A DNA stretch of 64,000 bases from Octopus vulgaris (Eukaryota): assembly GCA_951406725.2 (NCBI GenBank), contig OX597825.1:75826001-75890000 (forward strand), read 5' to 3'. Shown here piece after piece: positions 12,176 through 24,860 of this stretch; positions within the stretch are counted from its first letter, which is position 1, and each line of letters opens with the position of its first letter. The notes under the pieces are model-generated. The model made no database searches, had not been told where the DNA came from, and worked only from the letters and a program-made list of their open reading frames with translations. Both the position numbers and the translations under genes were made by a program.

Positions 12176-13974
12176 TTATTTAGGCAAGTAAGTACTTTTT
12201 ATACAAATTAGTGACTTCTTTGAATTTGTAAAAAGTATTTTGATATCAGGCTCTAACATAGTGGTTCTTAGTTTCAAATCCCCCAAGTGCTCATCTATCA
12301 ATTGCATTCTCGGTGAATTCTTGATTTGCGTCAAGTACGAGAATGTGGATTCACAACAGTATGTTGAAGAAAAGCAGGAAAGTAGTCTGTGTGCATGTTC
12401 ATGAAAACGAAGATATTCTACTGCATTTTTCCAGATTTCAGTTGGATTTTCCGTCTTGTCAAACAGAGATTTCAGGATATCATCTTCAGACATTTCGATA
12501 AGCTCCATTTGTAACTCTTCGAGAGCCTCTGATACATCAACTAAGTGAGGCTGAAAAGCAAGTTTCAAAGTGATGTTATGTTTTTCAAAATCATTGAATC
12601 TTTCATTATATTCTAATATTAATGAGTATAAAACTGACTCGTATTCTTCAAAAGATTCATAGATATCTTCGTCATTTTCACTCATTACCTTCATAAGCTG
12701 AGGAAAGTGTTCAAGTTTTGATTGAGCCAAAAGGAACTTGAAAAATGACAACTTTTTTTCTAAATGCCCAACTTTTTTGCCACATCATAAATACATTTAT
12801 GCTTAAAATGCTCATTTTGTTTTGACATCACATCACATAAAAATGCAACATCTCTGTAAGAATTTGTATCTGATAAATCACATTGTTCTCTTTGAAAAAG
12901 TCAATTATTTGCCTTTGTAAAGACAAAATTTTGACCATACTTTCCCTTGCAACAACCAGCATATTTTTGAGTTATAAGACAAATACATTTTAACAATTTT
13001 GTCATCCATCATCAGCATGTTTTGAAATTGATGATACTTCAGGGCATTTGCTCGAATACAGTTTACAGTTCTTATAACCTTCTATAAAGTGTCATTTAAA
13101 ATGACAGATTTTACACAGAGATTGTGCTGATGTAAAATACAATGAAAAGAAATCAGTACATTTGGTTCTTTGATTACTCTGTTAAGATGTGCAATAAATC
13201 CTTCATTTTCAGCCTTCATAGCTGGAGCACCATCCGTGCACACACTTTCCAAATTAGTGAAATTTAGTCCTACTTTGACATTGCTCTTTAAAGTTGTTAG
13301 AAATATCTATCCCTTGCATCCTTCCTTTAAGGGTGCCTAAAGAAAATAATTCTTCATATAATTGAAAATCATCAGTTATATCACGAATAAAATACGATAC
13401 TTGTGCTGAATCTGCAGAATCTACTGATTCCGCCAAAGCTTCTGAGCAATATACATTTTCTTTTTGGATTATTTTTTTCAGTTGCCCTTTTCTATTACAG
13501 ACCAATTCATGCTGTTGATCTGTATTAGTCCTTCTTGAAAAAGGCACCTCTTTATATTTGTTAACTTTATTGGGATCTCTACATCATACCATTTCCAAAA
13601 TACATTCCTTTATGAGTTCTACATCACTGAATGGCTTACCTTTTTTTCCAAGAAAATATGCAACTTTATAGCTGGCGTCTGTTGTAGCATTCCCTTGATG
13701 CAACACAGATTGGAAAAATTGTCTTTGCTTTTGTTTTCCATCTTTGTTTTTGCAATGCTATCTTTTGAGACTCACTCTCTAATTTAGCGTATTTATTGTC
13801 TTTATGAAAAGCATAATGTCGCTGTGCATTGAATTTCTTAACCATTACAATTGCAGTATCACAAAACAAGTAAGACATTTTGCATCCACTATTTATTAAA
13901 AAATATTGCAATTCCTTTTCTTCATTGAATATCTTGTTTTCTTCTTTCAAAGTTCGTTTTAAGTTTTTTGACAT
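12176..13974 (-). pseudogene. hAT transposase pseudogene (GTF2IRD2/SPIN/Buster-like), frameshifted
   Basis: N-terminal zinc-finger remnant (FCD..VKKFNAQRHYAFH), ALAESVD (first catalytic D lost), CTDGAPAM, FHCILHQHNLC (CxxH), C-terminal FSSTYCCESTFS dimerisation motif; split over ORFs 13666-13974, 13254-13547, 12176-12751. Confidence 0.93.
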
Positions 13975-14244
13975 AATTATGGGTTAAAAAGAAATGTATT
14001 TATTCTGAAAAACCATTAAAAAAATAAGTTTAATAATGAATTAGTAAACCCAGCTGCACACTGACCCAAATAAAACAGTCTTAGACAAGACATGATAAAC
14101 TTGCATACTACCATTCTAGACTGAACAACATCTAGATTAGCTATAATATTTTTTTCTGTAATTAGTACTATTATTTATCGTCAGCTAATTGTTGCAGAAA
14201 TAATGTCAAATATTGACGGTTTCCAATCTCGCAAAATAATGACA

Positions 14245-14568
14245 ACTGGGGTCTGTGAAGCTGGAAGGCTTCGTCAGGCCCAGTCAGATCTGGCAGTGTT
14301 TCTACGGCTGGATGCCCTTCCTAACGCCAACCACTCCGCGAGTGTAGTGGGTGTTTTTTACGTGCCACCTGCACAGGTGCCAGACAGAGCTGGCGAACGG
14401 CCACGAACGGATGGTGCTTTTACGTGTCACCGGCACGGGGCCAGGCGATGCTGGCAACGGACACGAACGGATGGTGCTTTTACGTGCCACCGATACGGGG
14501 CCAGACAGAGCTGGCAACCGGCCACGAACGGACGGTGCTTTTACGTGTCACCGGCACGGGGGCCAGCC
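14245..14568 (-). mobile_element. Tail-less RTE 3'-UTR element with ~60-bp internal tandem modules, between 48-bp direct repeats
   Basis: Direct repeats 14197-14244 and 14569-14616 (1 mismatch); four GGTG(C/T)TTTTACGTG(C/T)CACC cores. Confidence 0.88.
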
Positions 14569-15384
14569 GAAATAATGTCAAATATTGACGGTTTCCAATC
14601 TCGCAATATAATGACAGTTGTTGAAGTTATGACCAAGATTCCAAGAAAGTGGTTTCAGATGCTGATTGATAGTGTCTTGTCTAAGACTATATTGTTTGAA
14701 GCAGCATGTAGCTGGCTTAACAGAGTAGCAATGAATACGATCACTGTATCACTTATCAAGTCTCAATGATAAGCAAGTCTGTAAAATTAACGCACGCACT
14801 GATGGATTTACTGTTTCAAATAAGGCTATAACTAACTCAGTCTCACAAAACACGTCACTAAGAAGTTGGCCACAACTACACAATTACTAAGTAAAGTACG
14901 TAACACAGATCACAGGGAAAAGGTGGATGAGACAAACTCTTCATGTAGCATATGTGAAGTCACTAAATCCCACTAGGCTGGTGTAGCTAACAAGGAAATA
15001 TTACCTTTATATGCTTGTTGCTTTGAGTTTAAATTCATTGGGTTCAAAGAAAAATGCTTTCAGTCTCTGGGAGAGACATCAACTAAACACTGATAGCCTG
15101 GAAGGCCGCAGGTTACCCATCTTTGTACTAGAGGGTTAAGCTCCTGATAATCTCATACCTCTAATCCTGGTGACACAGAACAATAGTAAACTTCTTATTT
15201 CCTGGCTCTCCCCTGACTAAATACACCTAGTAAATGACTGATCATATTGCAGTTATTTCCCTTACTTATTTTAAAACTTTTTAGTACTTGTAAAAAGACT
15301 ATTTATCTGCTATTATTATGAGTTATTAAGTCCATCCATTATTGTTGACAATGACTAAGGACATTACATAGGAGAAAAAATAGA

Positions 15385-15890
15385 CTGGACACAGTATATC
15401 TGGCTGTGGGCAATTAATCTGATGCATGCTTGAAAGGCTCTGCTGTGGAGTTAGGCATTAGTGGTCTCTTGGGACCAAAGACAGAGTTGGTTCTGGACTT
15501 GTGTAGTTCACATTTTCTTAGTGTCCCTCCAATCCTCTTTTGTTCAAAGGATGTGGCACCTCTGTTGGTAAATATTCACCAGCAGGGCGGTCTTGTGCTT
15601 GTGTATCCCAGGTGTTGGAGTTGATCTCAAAACTTTTCAGTGAAGCTTTGAGTGTGTCCTTGAAACACTTTCTGTCTACCTTGTGTGCACTTTCCCCTCA
15701 AACAGTTTGCTGTAAAACTTTCTCTTGGGGAGTTGCATGTAAGGCATTCAAATAAAGTGACCAGCTCACCCGACTTGCACTCTCCTCAACAGTGTATAAA
15801 TGCTTTATCTGCTAATTGCTTGGATACTATATTACGTTTAGGAGCCCTGCATATAATATTTGTCCAAAGATCTGTGCTCTGGGTTTGAGC
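15385..15890 (-). mobile_element. RTE/BovB-like LINE C-terminal relic (different lineage)
   Basis: Minus-strand remnants *AGHFI*MP (canonical WAGH..RMP), FYSKLFEG, CFKDTLKASLKSFEINSNTWDTQAQDR and terminal RAFQACIRLIAH zinc-finger remnant. Confidence 0.75.
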
Positions 15891-16976
15891 TTAAGACCAT
15901 GTGTGTGCGAAGTAAACTGTTTATGCAACTTTACGTATGTATCTGTATGTGTAAATATGCGTGTGTATATTATTATTATTATTTTTTACATATTCTTTCT
16001 ACTTTATCAGCACGCCCTATCATTCAAATAACCATTATATCGTCAAAAAGTGTCTTTTGTAACATTCTATGATAGATACCTTGATATTCTTATGATATTC
16101 AGTTATGTCCACTGTGTATATACCAAATTTTATGTTCAGCCTTCCTGATCGTATGATGATCGGCAACGGACAACAAACAACTTTGAATAAACGATGTCTG
16201 AAGCTTGAGTTTGCAAAATGTTCTGTATCTCTTTCAGTTTTAAGTATCTTCTCTTTTCCTCTCTCTCTCTCTCTCTCTGTAACATGACTCGTATTCCATA
16301 CGCTATCATATCCCGAAGTTTGATGCCCCACGTCGTACTGCATTGGATACAGAAGTGAAGTCTGGTATATATATGTATATATATATATATATATATATAA
16401 AGAAACAGTCATTGAGAAGTCGTTAAACGAAACGTGTGTGGGTATGTATATACAAATGTATTTATGCGTAAGCACATGCACGCGCATATATACCTCTATG
16501 TGTGTGCATATCCAAGCGCGCGTCACATTTCTTTCTTCCTGGTGCTTAAAGACAGTGCCAAGTCTGTTATTATATCTCTATTGTACCAAGCCACATTCGT
16601 TTTCTACCTGATGTCTGTCCCATTGCTGAACCATTATCCAACTATCCTAATCACCAGTTTATTATTTTTTTCTTCTTTTTAATTTCTAATTTAATAGCGA
16701 CCACTGCCTGTCCTCTGCTATCCGGCCGATCTGTCTGTCCAGTCTAATTGTTAAACAGCATATATGTCCGGTTACTTCTCTTTCTCTTGTCGTTAACTGC
16801 CATGAAACGGTTGGTGTCGGTGGCAAGGAGTTCTATTGTTCGACCCAACGTGTTTTTGTTGTCATTCGAACCAACCAAGTTTGCCTTCGAGAGATCTCTT
16901 TAAATTTCTGTAATACAATTAGTTTTTTTTTTTTAATTTCTTTTGTTTACAGAAAAGGTAAAGCTAAAACTCTCAT

Positions 16977-16979
<3 letters not shown>

Positions 16980-17035
<56 letters not shown>

Positions 17036-17413
17036 GTATTTATGTGTGTGTGTGTGTATGTATGTGTGTGTGTATATATGTTGTGTGTGTGTGTGTGTGT
17101 ATGTGTGTGTGTGTATGTATATGTGTGTGTGTATATGTATGTGTGTGTGTATATGTATGTATGTGTGTGTGTGTGTGTATATATATGTGTGTGTGTGTAT
17201 ATATATATGTGTGTGTGTGTGTATATATGTATGTGTGTGTATATATATATATGTGTGTGTATATATATATATATATGTGTGTGTGTATATATATATGTGT
17301 GTGTGTATATATATATGTATATATATGTGTGTGTGTATATATATATGTGTGTGTATATATATATGTGTGTGTATATATATATGTGTGTGTATGTATATAT
17401 ATATATGTATATG

Positions 17414-17478
<65 letters not shown>
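16980..17478. repeat. ~500-bp compound (TA)n/(TG)n microsatellite
   Basis: Direct reading; source of six spurious long ORFs. Confidence 0.97.
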
Positions 17479-17481
<3 letters not shown>

Positions 17482-17584
17482 CAATTAACATCATGTGCAC
17501 TCAAAATATATACAGATTATATCATACACGCATACAGATCTTGAACACTGGAATTAGGACTTTTAAAAAATGACAGGAAGAGAA

Positions 17585-17608
17585 GGGAGAAGCGGGGTGG
17601 GGGTGGGG
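17585..17608 (+). promoter_or_regulatory. G-quadruplex-forming motif
   Basis: GGG-AGAAGC-GGGG-T-GGGGG-T-GGGG: four G-tracts with short loops. Function unproven. Confidence 0.45.
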
Positions 17609-18237
17609 ATTGAATGTCAAGGGGCGCTTGCTACACGAAAACTTAGTAACCTCATGCATTCGTTAGTTAATGCCCTTGGAGAGCAGCGTGTTTTAATCAG
17701 CTGTTCACTTATTAGAACAGCTCGCCCGACACACTTAAAGGTACATCTCCCCTCACTCTCTCTTTTTTTCTTTCTCGCTCTTCTATCTTCTCCTCTCAAA
17801 TTTTCTTTCTCTCTGCAATATATCCCATACTCATTGTCTTTTTCTCTTTTTGCTCATAAGTTAATCTATCATCTTTTACAAGTTCACTTTTTGTTTATTT
17901 AAAGACCTTTCTTGTTCAATTTAAGCAAGTCCAACCGCTCCCCTTTTCCGGGCTTTCCCCAGCCTCATCTCACCCCTTTCCAACAGGACCCCTTCCAACG
18001 ATTTTAGCTGAGTGTTGTTTGGTGACGACATCCGAACATGTTTCATTGTTCTGTTGTTGTCCTGTCCCAGGCTTGTTTTAATAATAGACTCCACTCCACT
18101 CTATAAACCAACGTACACGTTAGCTTGGCTACTACAACACGTACTTTTTGCAGGAGGAGAAAGCGTTTCTCTCTTACAACTAATTATAATTAATGTCCTA
18201 TTACTATATACTTTAAACTGACTGTGTGTCGTGTAGT

Positions 18238-18275
<38 letters not shown>

Positions 18276-19774
18276 AATAATATCTGCAGAAGTAGATAAG
18301 TTGGTTGTATTTATTATTTAAACAATATCTGGATAAACTTCGTTGCGACTATCTTTTATCCACCCCAATTAAATCTGTAACGAATTGCTTGTGAGTATTT
18401 GAATATTAATCTAAAATACTTTGTTTCCTTTTTTTTTCTCCTGTTGTTTGGTTTATTTCTTTCCCTTATATCTATATCTATATCTTTTCTGAAGTAGATA
18501 TATTTTCACTGTTGTTTAAATGTTAAAAATACTTCTAAATTACACAATAAGAAGGCGAAAAATCGAATTTACATCTCATTTCCCGTGATAAGTGACCAAA
18601 CAATGAGCATGTAAAAAGTGCCGTTGATAAGATGTTCATCTTTAATCAATAATTACCATGCAATCAGTCATAATTAGTCATAAAGATATATTTAGTAGTA
18701 TAGCTTAAGGGTCGTTCAAAAAGACCCCGTTGTTTCAGATGCACACTAAAAGTCTACTAGTAACAAATATTTAGGATAGATAAGAGGATTCGCTCATTTC
18801 TTTTGATACTTTTCTTGGGGTTCTCTTTGTGGGGTTTATACAGTTCTGTCATGAAATATTCAGAGTTTTAAGCAATTCATTAACTTCATGAATGAGTTTG
18901 GATTTCTAGTAAGAAATTTATTTTCCTTGTCTAAATTACTTTGTCGTATGGTTCATATTTAGAATAAACGTATTGTGTGTGTGTGTAAATATTTAAAATA
19001 TTCTGTCTTATACTTATATCATCCTACATTCGTCATTAAAAGTGTAGAATTAATATGGAAAGTAGAAGTTGATTCACTAAAACCGGGTAATAAATGAATG
19101 TGAAAGTTAGTAGGACACACATGGTTTGACGGATTGTTTATAGGATATGTTAACCACTATTAGTAAAGTGTTAAAACAGAAAATACATAATAATGCTGAT
19201 GTTGCTGGATGGCATAAAAGTTATTGCTATGGTGACTACATTATGCAGGTGAAGTTGTGTGCCATGGCTATTGTTGCTATTCCACCTCCCTATCATTCAT
19301 TGCATATAAAAGATCATATATTATTATAATTATATTTGTATCAACTCCTCGTTACATTCATGTTCTCTCGTACTTAAAGTACAACATTCAGCGCATTCAT
19401 GGGTATTTATTTGTCTGAAAGGTGTGGGTGGTTCTTATTTCGTTTGCTTTTTCGGCTTGGAAACACTCCAATTCGTTGAAGAGTGCTACTTCTCTTTTTA
19501 AATCATCATCATCATGATCATCGTTATCGTCATCACCATCAGTATCACCCCCCAACTCTGTGTTCGTGAGCTATGTCTCTGGTATGATCGCCATAGTGAA
19601 TGAGTCAGTCTAACTATTCTTCTTCGTTAAATGAGGTCTAGACACCAGAGATTGTTTGTGTGGATACGAAATACATTTGCTGTAAAAATATCAAGACAAT
19701 CTCTGCTACTCTTCCTTAGAAACCTTATTCTGTTCACATTCTTTCCTGACTGTATAGCTGAAGATAATATTACA

Positions 19775-20130
19775 GGTATGGTTGTCTAAGAAGTTTGCTT
19801 CCCAACCACATGGTTTCGGGTTCGGTCTCACTGCGTGACTCTTTGGATGGACAGGTATCTTCTACTCTAAGCCTTGAGTCGACTAAAGCCTTATGAGTGG
19901 ATTTGTAGACGGAAACTAAAAGAAGCCTGTCGTTTGTGTGTGGGTCTTTGTGTTTGTCTCCCACCGTCGCTTGACAACTAGTGTTGGTTTGTTTACGTTC
20001 CCGTAACCTAGCGGTTTGGCAAAAAATTTTCGACAGAATAAGGATCGATTTTTTTTTTTTTTTCGAGTGAACCCTTCAAGATGCCCCTGCTTGGCTGCAG
20101 TCCAATGACTGAAACAAATAAGAGATAAAA
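19775..20130 (+). mobile_element. SINE family A copy
   Basis: Colinear with 8950-9348; retains many CpGs. Confidence 0.85.
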
Positions 20131-20994
20131 GATTTCGTGTGTGTCTTCATCGTTTTAACGTTCGCTTTTTCTTGCTTGTATGGGTCCAGCAGAGTTTATT
20201 GAGGCAGATTTTCTATAGTTGAATGTCTTTCCTGTCACCAACCTTTACCTGTTTCCAGGATAATGTTGATCTCATCTTTAGAGATTATACTTAAAATTTT
20301 ATAATCCTAAGATGTCAGTATATTACTTGCCGTTAAAAAGACGTTTTGCTGTAAAATGTTATTGGAGTTTGTTGTTGACAAAAGAATGAAAGGCCTATAG
20401 TAGAATTTGAACTCAGAATGTAAAACTTGAAGAAAAGCTACTCAGCATTTTGTTTATTATGTTACGGATTCTAACAGCTCACCACCCTTATGAAGTCAGC
20501 CACAACTACACATTTTTCTTCAATTTTTGTTGAAATCTACCTCTTGTGAAGCATTTTATTACCGGTTTATAAAACTGTACACAGTCTGCATAGAACAGCT
20601 AAACTCTACATGATGGCACAACATGGTATCCCTAACTGAATTATTGAGTATCTAAAGAAATTATCCTTTGTGTCACTACCAAATCATGTCAGCCTCACAA
20701 TTCTTATCTTCTGAGAACTGGTAACTCTCTGGAATTTCTTCTTTGCCTGCATTTTTCTTGAAGATGTTGACCTGTCGATATTCAAACTGCACTGTCAACT
20801 CCATCAGTCTTATTTGTCTTAGACAGTGTGCAAAATTTATAGGCAAAATCAGATATTAAACCAATGATTTATACTCCTCTTCATCATCATCAGATAATGT
20901 ATTTTTTATCATTTAATTGTTTGAAACATTGGACTCAGTCATGTTGGGGTGTCATCTTAAAGGGTTTTAGCTGAACAAATCACCCCCAGTACTG

Positions 20995-21095
20995 TGCCAG
21001 ATCAGATTGGAGCCTGGTGCAGCCATCTGGTTTGCCAGTCCTCAGTCAAATTGTCCAACCCATGCTAGCATGGAAAGTAGATGTTAAACGATGAA
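20995..21095 (+). mobile_element. Short RTE tail fragment
   Basis: TGCCAGATCAGATTGGAGCCTGGTGCAGCC...CCAACCCATGCTAGCATGGAAAG..GTTAAACGATGA. Confidence 0.75.
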
Positions 21096-21784
21096 GACTA
21101 TAGTAGAAGACACTAGCTCAAGAGTGATTAGGCTTAGACTTACCAGTCTGATTAGAAGTTTCAGCTGTTCTCCAAATGAAGAACGTTGATGTTCTGGTAA
21201 AAAGATGACATGATGTTGTCCTTACTCAGATGACCAACACAGTTACTAAGGAATCTATAACTTTGAAGATTTGGTAGATTGTATCCTGTACAAAGCAACA
21301 AACCTTCTTAAAAAACATTAAGAATGTTAAAATTTTTGTCTCTTAATTTTAAATTTAATGTACTGGAATTGAAGTTGTCCAGAATAACTGGTTATATCGG
21401 TATTCAGTTGCATTTTGTTCATTTTGTGTTGTTTTCTAAGAAGTATTCTCCAGACTTATGTTGTCAGAATGGCACTCTTGCCACTTCTTTAATCAAGGCA
21501 GCATACATCAAAAGACTAGAGATTAATAAACTGATTGCAATGAAGATATCCAACAACCTCCATTGGTTTAATATCTGATTTTGATATTGGCATAGTGACA
21601 ATGGTTGGTTGGATATTTTGTTTATGACTGGATTCTCTTGCTAGCATTAACCACTAAATGGCATGAGAATTTGGTGTGGCCATCATGAATTAATTATAGC
21701 ATCAGAGCTGACCAAGCAGTATTATAAAAGTTGATTTTTCTTGCTGCAGATCTTTCTCTCCACCAGCTAATATACATCATCATC

Positions 21785-21810
21785 TATGTATGTGTGAGTG
21801 TGTGTGTGTG

Positions 21811-21854
<44 letters not shown>

Positions 21855-21984
21855 CATGTATATATTCATACGCACATCTATATATATATATATATATACA
21901 CATACATGTATATATTCATACGCACATCTATATATATATATATATATATACACACACATACATGTATATATTCATACACACATC

Positions 21985-22020
<36 letters not shown>

Positions 22021-22142
22021 TACATGTATATATTCATACACACACATATATATATATATATATACACACATACATATATATTCACACACACACACATACA
22101 TGTATATATTCATACACACACACACACACATTATATATTCAT

Positions 22143-22183
<41 letters not shown>

Positions 22184-22200
22184 TACATGTATATATTCAT

Positions 22201-22275
<75 letters not shown>
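21785..22275. repeat. Higher-order compound microsatellite
   Basis: Repeated CATACATGTATATATTCATAC units separated by variable (TA)n(CA)n; ends in (CT)n(TA)n. Confidence 0.95.
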
Positions 22276-22276
<1 letters not shown>

Positions 22277-22914
22277 AATTTTTATATATAAATCTATGTG
22301 TCAGTGGGTGGAATATAAATTAATCTCTCCTAGATCTAAGTTAATTCATTCACAATGTATAATACATTCACAGCCACTTTAGATCTATTTCTCACTGATG
22401 TACAGAGCTTTATCTTTATCTTGTATATTTTTGTGGTTTTCTTATGCTGTTATCAGTTGGAATGGATTAAGTAAAAAGATTATTTGAATGTCTCTTATCC
22501 TCACTTGTATCCTCTATTAATATAACATTCCTTAGATTAGAAGACCTTTCGTAGTTGAGACAACAATCAAGGCTTATGCCACATCGCATCACTTTTTCCT
22601 AATTCTTATCAATTTCTTTTGGATATCTTCATTGCTTAAAGGCAAGAATATTGTCACATTGATATGTGGTTCAGGAATAAATTATATTCAACTGTTGATG
22701 TCTTTGAATGAAAGTACTTCAAACCAAGTTGCTTTAGATTAATCAGTTTGAGAATAAGTTTTAGATGCATCTTGGGTAAGTTACCTATTGTTATTGATTA
22801 GTATACTATCTTGGATGAGATTTGTTTTGTATCTTTTTTTAATAAAATCTTGAGTTAAGCATTCATGTAGCTCTAGAGAGGGTTAACTTTTAGATATTTT
22901 GATTAGGTAGATAC

Positions 22915-23275
22915 ATGTGGTTAAGAAGCTTGCTTCTCACCTATATTGTCTCACTGAATGGCACTTTGGGCAAGTGTCTTCTATTGCCCCAAGTTGAGTA
23001 GAGTTTTGGGAATGGATTTGGTTGATGGAAATTGAAAGAAGCCTGCCGTGTGTGTTTGTCTGTACCCTTGTCTTGATATCATATGATGCTTATAAATGAG
23101 CATCACTATACAGATGGTGTTTTCCACAGAAAATTGGAAATAAACATGTTTGGGCATGGGGAAATATTACCTTTGTTGGAAACAGATGAGGGTTGGTGAC
23201 AAAAATGAGTGTCCGGCTGTAGAAAATGTGCTCCAACAAAGCATGGAAAAGTGGATATTAGATGAGTTATGATGA
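22915..23275 (+). mobile_element. SINE family A head with RTE-like tail (variant A2)
   Basis: Family A head followed by CCTTGTCTTGATATC..GGGGAAATATTACCTT..GGCTGTAGAAAA..AGCATGGAAAAGTGGA; similar copies ~33085-33520, 39715-40030, 54150-54545 (-), 58960-59385, 60197-60590. Confidence 0.75.
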
Positions 23276-23592
23276 TTATTTGCATCTGTTTTTTGACATA
23301 GGAAGGCATGTATCCTGGTGTTTAGGCTGTTGGATTTAGAATTATGTGGATGTGTGTTTGATTTCTTGACTATTAAGTTCCTGGGCAAGGCACTCTATAT
23401 TTCTCCACTCTATTTCAGATGTATCTGGTGCAGAGTATCATCTCATAGACTATTGACCATAATCTTGTAAAATCTGTAGTATACTGGATAATGATCTCAT
23501 AACACATGGCATCAGATAATTTTCAAGTCTTAGTTTCTCTCTTATCTTACCAAAAACTCAACTTTTGAATTTGCATTAAATAATTCTCTCAA

Positions 23593-23811
23593 CACTTTAG
23601 CATTTAAACTGGACATATCCAGGCCAGATATTCTACCTGTTTTGTACTGGCCAGATCCTGCCTCTCACACTTAACCTTACAATGCCATTAAAAAAATAAA
23701 TAAACAATCAGCTCATTGAAATCACAAAGGTGTGAAATTATGCAGGATTAATTCAAAACAATGTGAATAAAGAAGCATTACATTTGTTAGAGTAATCTGA
23801 ATTCTAAAGGG
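23593..23811 (+). mobile_element. TTAA-flanked MITE family 1
   Basis: CACTTTAGCATT...TTCTAAAGGG-TTAA; body matches 47961-48182. Confidence 0.85.
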
Positions 23812-24860
23812 TTAATATTCCTGTCTAATCATTGTAGCTATTATGAGAATGCTTTTAGCCTTTTGTTTCAGTCTTTGAACTGTGGCCTTGCTAGGTTACC
23901 ATCTTAATGGGTTTAAACAATGTAATCAGCTCCCAATTCTTGTTTTAAGCCTGCTACTTATTCTATCAATTCTCTCTTTTTTTTTCTTCAAAACTGCCAG
24001 GTTAGGGAGATTTGAACAAACTTACAGTGGTGCTAAGTGCTGAAGATCAATCACAAACCTACACCTCTCTCTCTCACACACATTTCATGTGTGTGTACAT
24101 ACACACACATTAGCATGCATACATTGGGCTTTCTGCACAGTTCCTCCCTTTCAAATTCAACCACAGCGCATTGGTTGACCTAGAAGAAGGCACACAGTGC
24201 TTAAGAAGCACACAGTGAAACAGGACCTGAAACCATGTGGTTGCAGTGCGAAACTTGTAAACCACACAGCCATGCCTGCACTTATGAACTAAATATATTT
24301 AACTGTTAAACTCTATCACTTTCCACACATACATCATATTAATACAGAATGAAAGCTTTAAACAGTGTTTTCTCCATGACAAAACACAGCATATTTGACT
24401 TGGTAACAAGTTAGTACGTCATATTAATATACAGGCATATATTTTGGAAACTTATTGTGAATTGACTACTAATTCAGTTGTAAGCAATTTTCCTAATGTT
24501 AGACAATATTTTAATTTGAAGCAGAAAAGTACAAGATTCACCTAAGGATCTTTTTCTCTATTCTTTTATCCCCATACAAGTCCTTTGGCACTACCATACT
24601 AGATTCTCATATTATACTTTTCTATGGCCCTACTGATCTGTTAAATGTTACTATAATGTATTTTACCATTTACTTTAAAATTTTAATTTGATTCATGGCA
24701 GTAAATTCCCAATTGCATACATCAAACCATGGCTGGATGTTAAGTGGAAAAACCTTCTTACAAACACCAAATAACTTTTAAATTATCCTGTAGTGTGAAA
24801 ATAGCTGTTCACACAGGCATTCACACTCCTACTTGTTATATACACAGCTTAGAGGGAACT

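Larger units (their letters stand above)
11590..15125 (-). mobile_element. Full-length decayed hAT transposon, Buster/SPIN-like
   Basis: TIRs CAGGGATGGGGAACCT / rc CAAAGATGGGTAACCT (13/16); perfect 8-bp TSD TACTAGAG (11582-11589, 15126-15133) fitting the nnnTAnnn Buster target. Confidence 0.95.
11378..15135. mobile_element. TTAA-flanked MITE family 1 copy, split by the hAT insertion
   Basis: TTAA-CACTTTAGCATT at 11374; body matches 47961-48182; terminal bases resume after the hAT as TACTAGAG-GG-TTAA (15126-15139). Confidence 0.85.

Noticed and set aside
12109-12208. 22-23 bp direct repeat AAGTAAGTACTTTT(T)ATACAAAT
   Set aside because: Small local duplication in the hAT 3' region with no further structure.
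12176-13974. Domesticated GTF2IRD2/EPM2AIP1-like host gene
   Set aside because: Multiple frameshifts, lost catalytic Asp and intact TIRs/TSD indicate a dead transposon copy.
14340-14568. CRISPR-like repeat/spacer appearance
   Set aside because: The spacers are homologous to each other, the array lies in a retroelement 3' UTR in eukaryotic DNA, and no cas genes are present.
14203-14769. 188-aa ORF
   Set aside because: Antisense read-through of a GC-rich repeat insertion and its duplicated flank.
16933-17573. Six long ORFs of 154-189 aa (also 21790-22382, 57261-57618, 61045-61611)
   Set aside because: Translations of TA/TG/CA microsatellites, which lack stops by composition.
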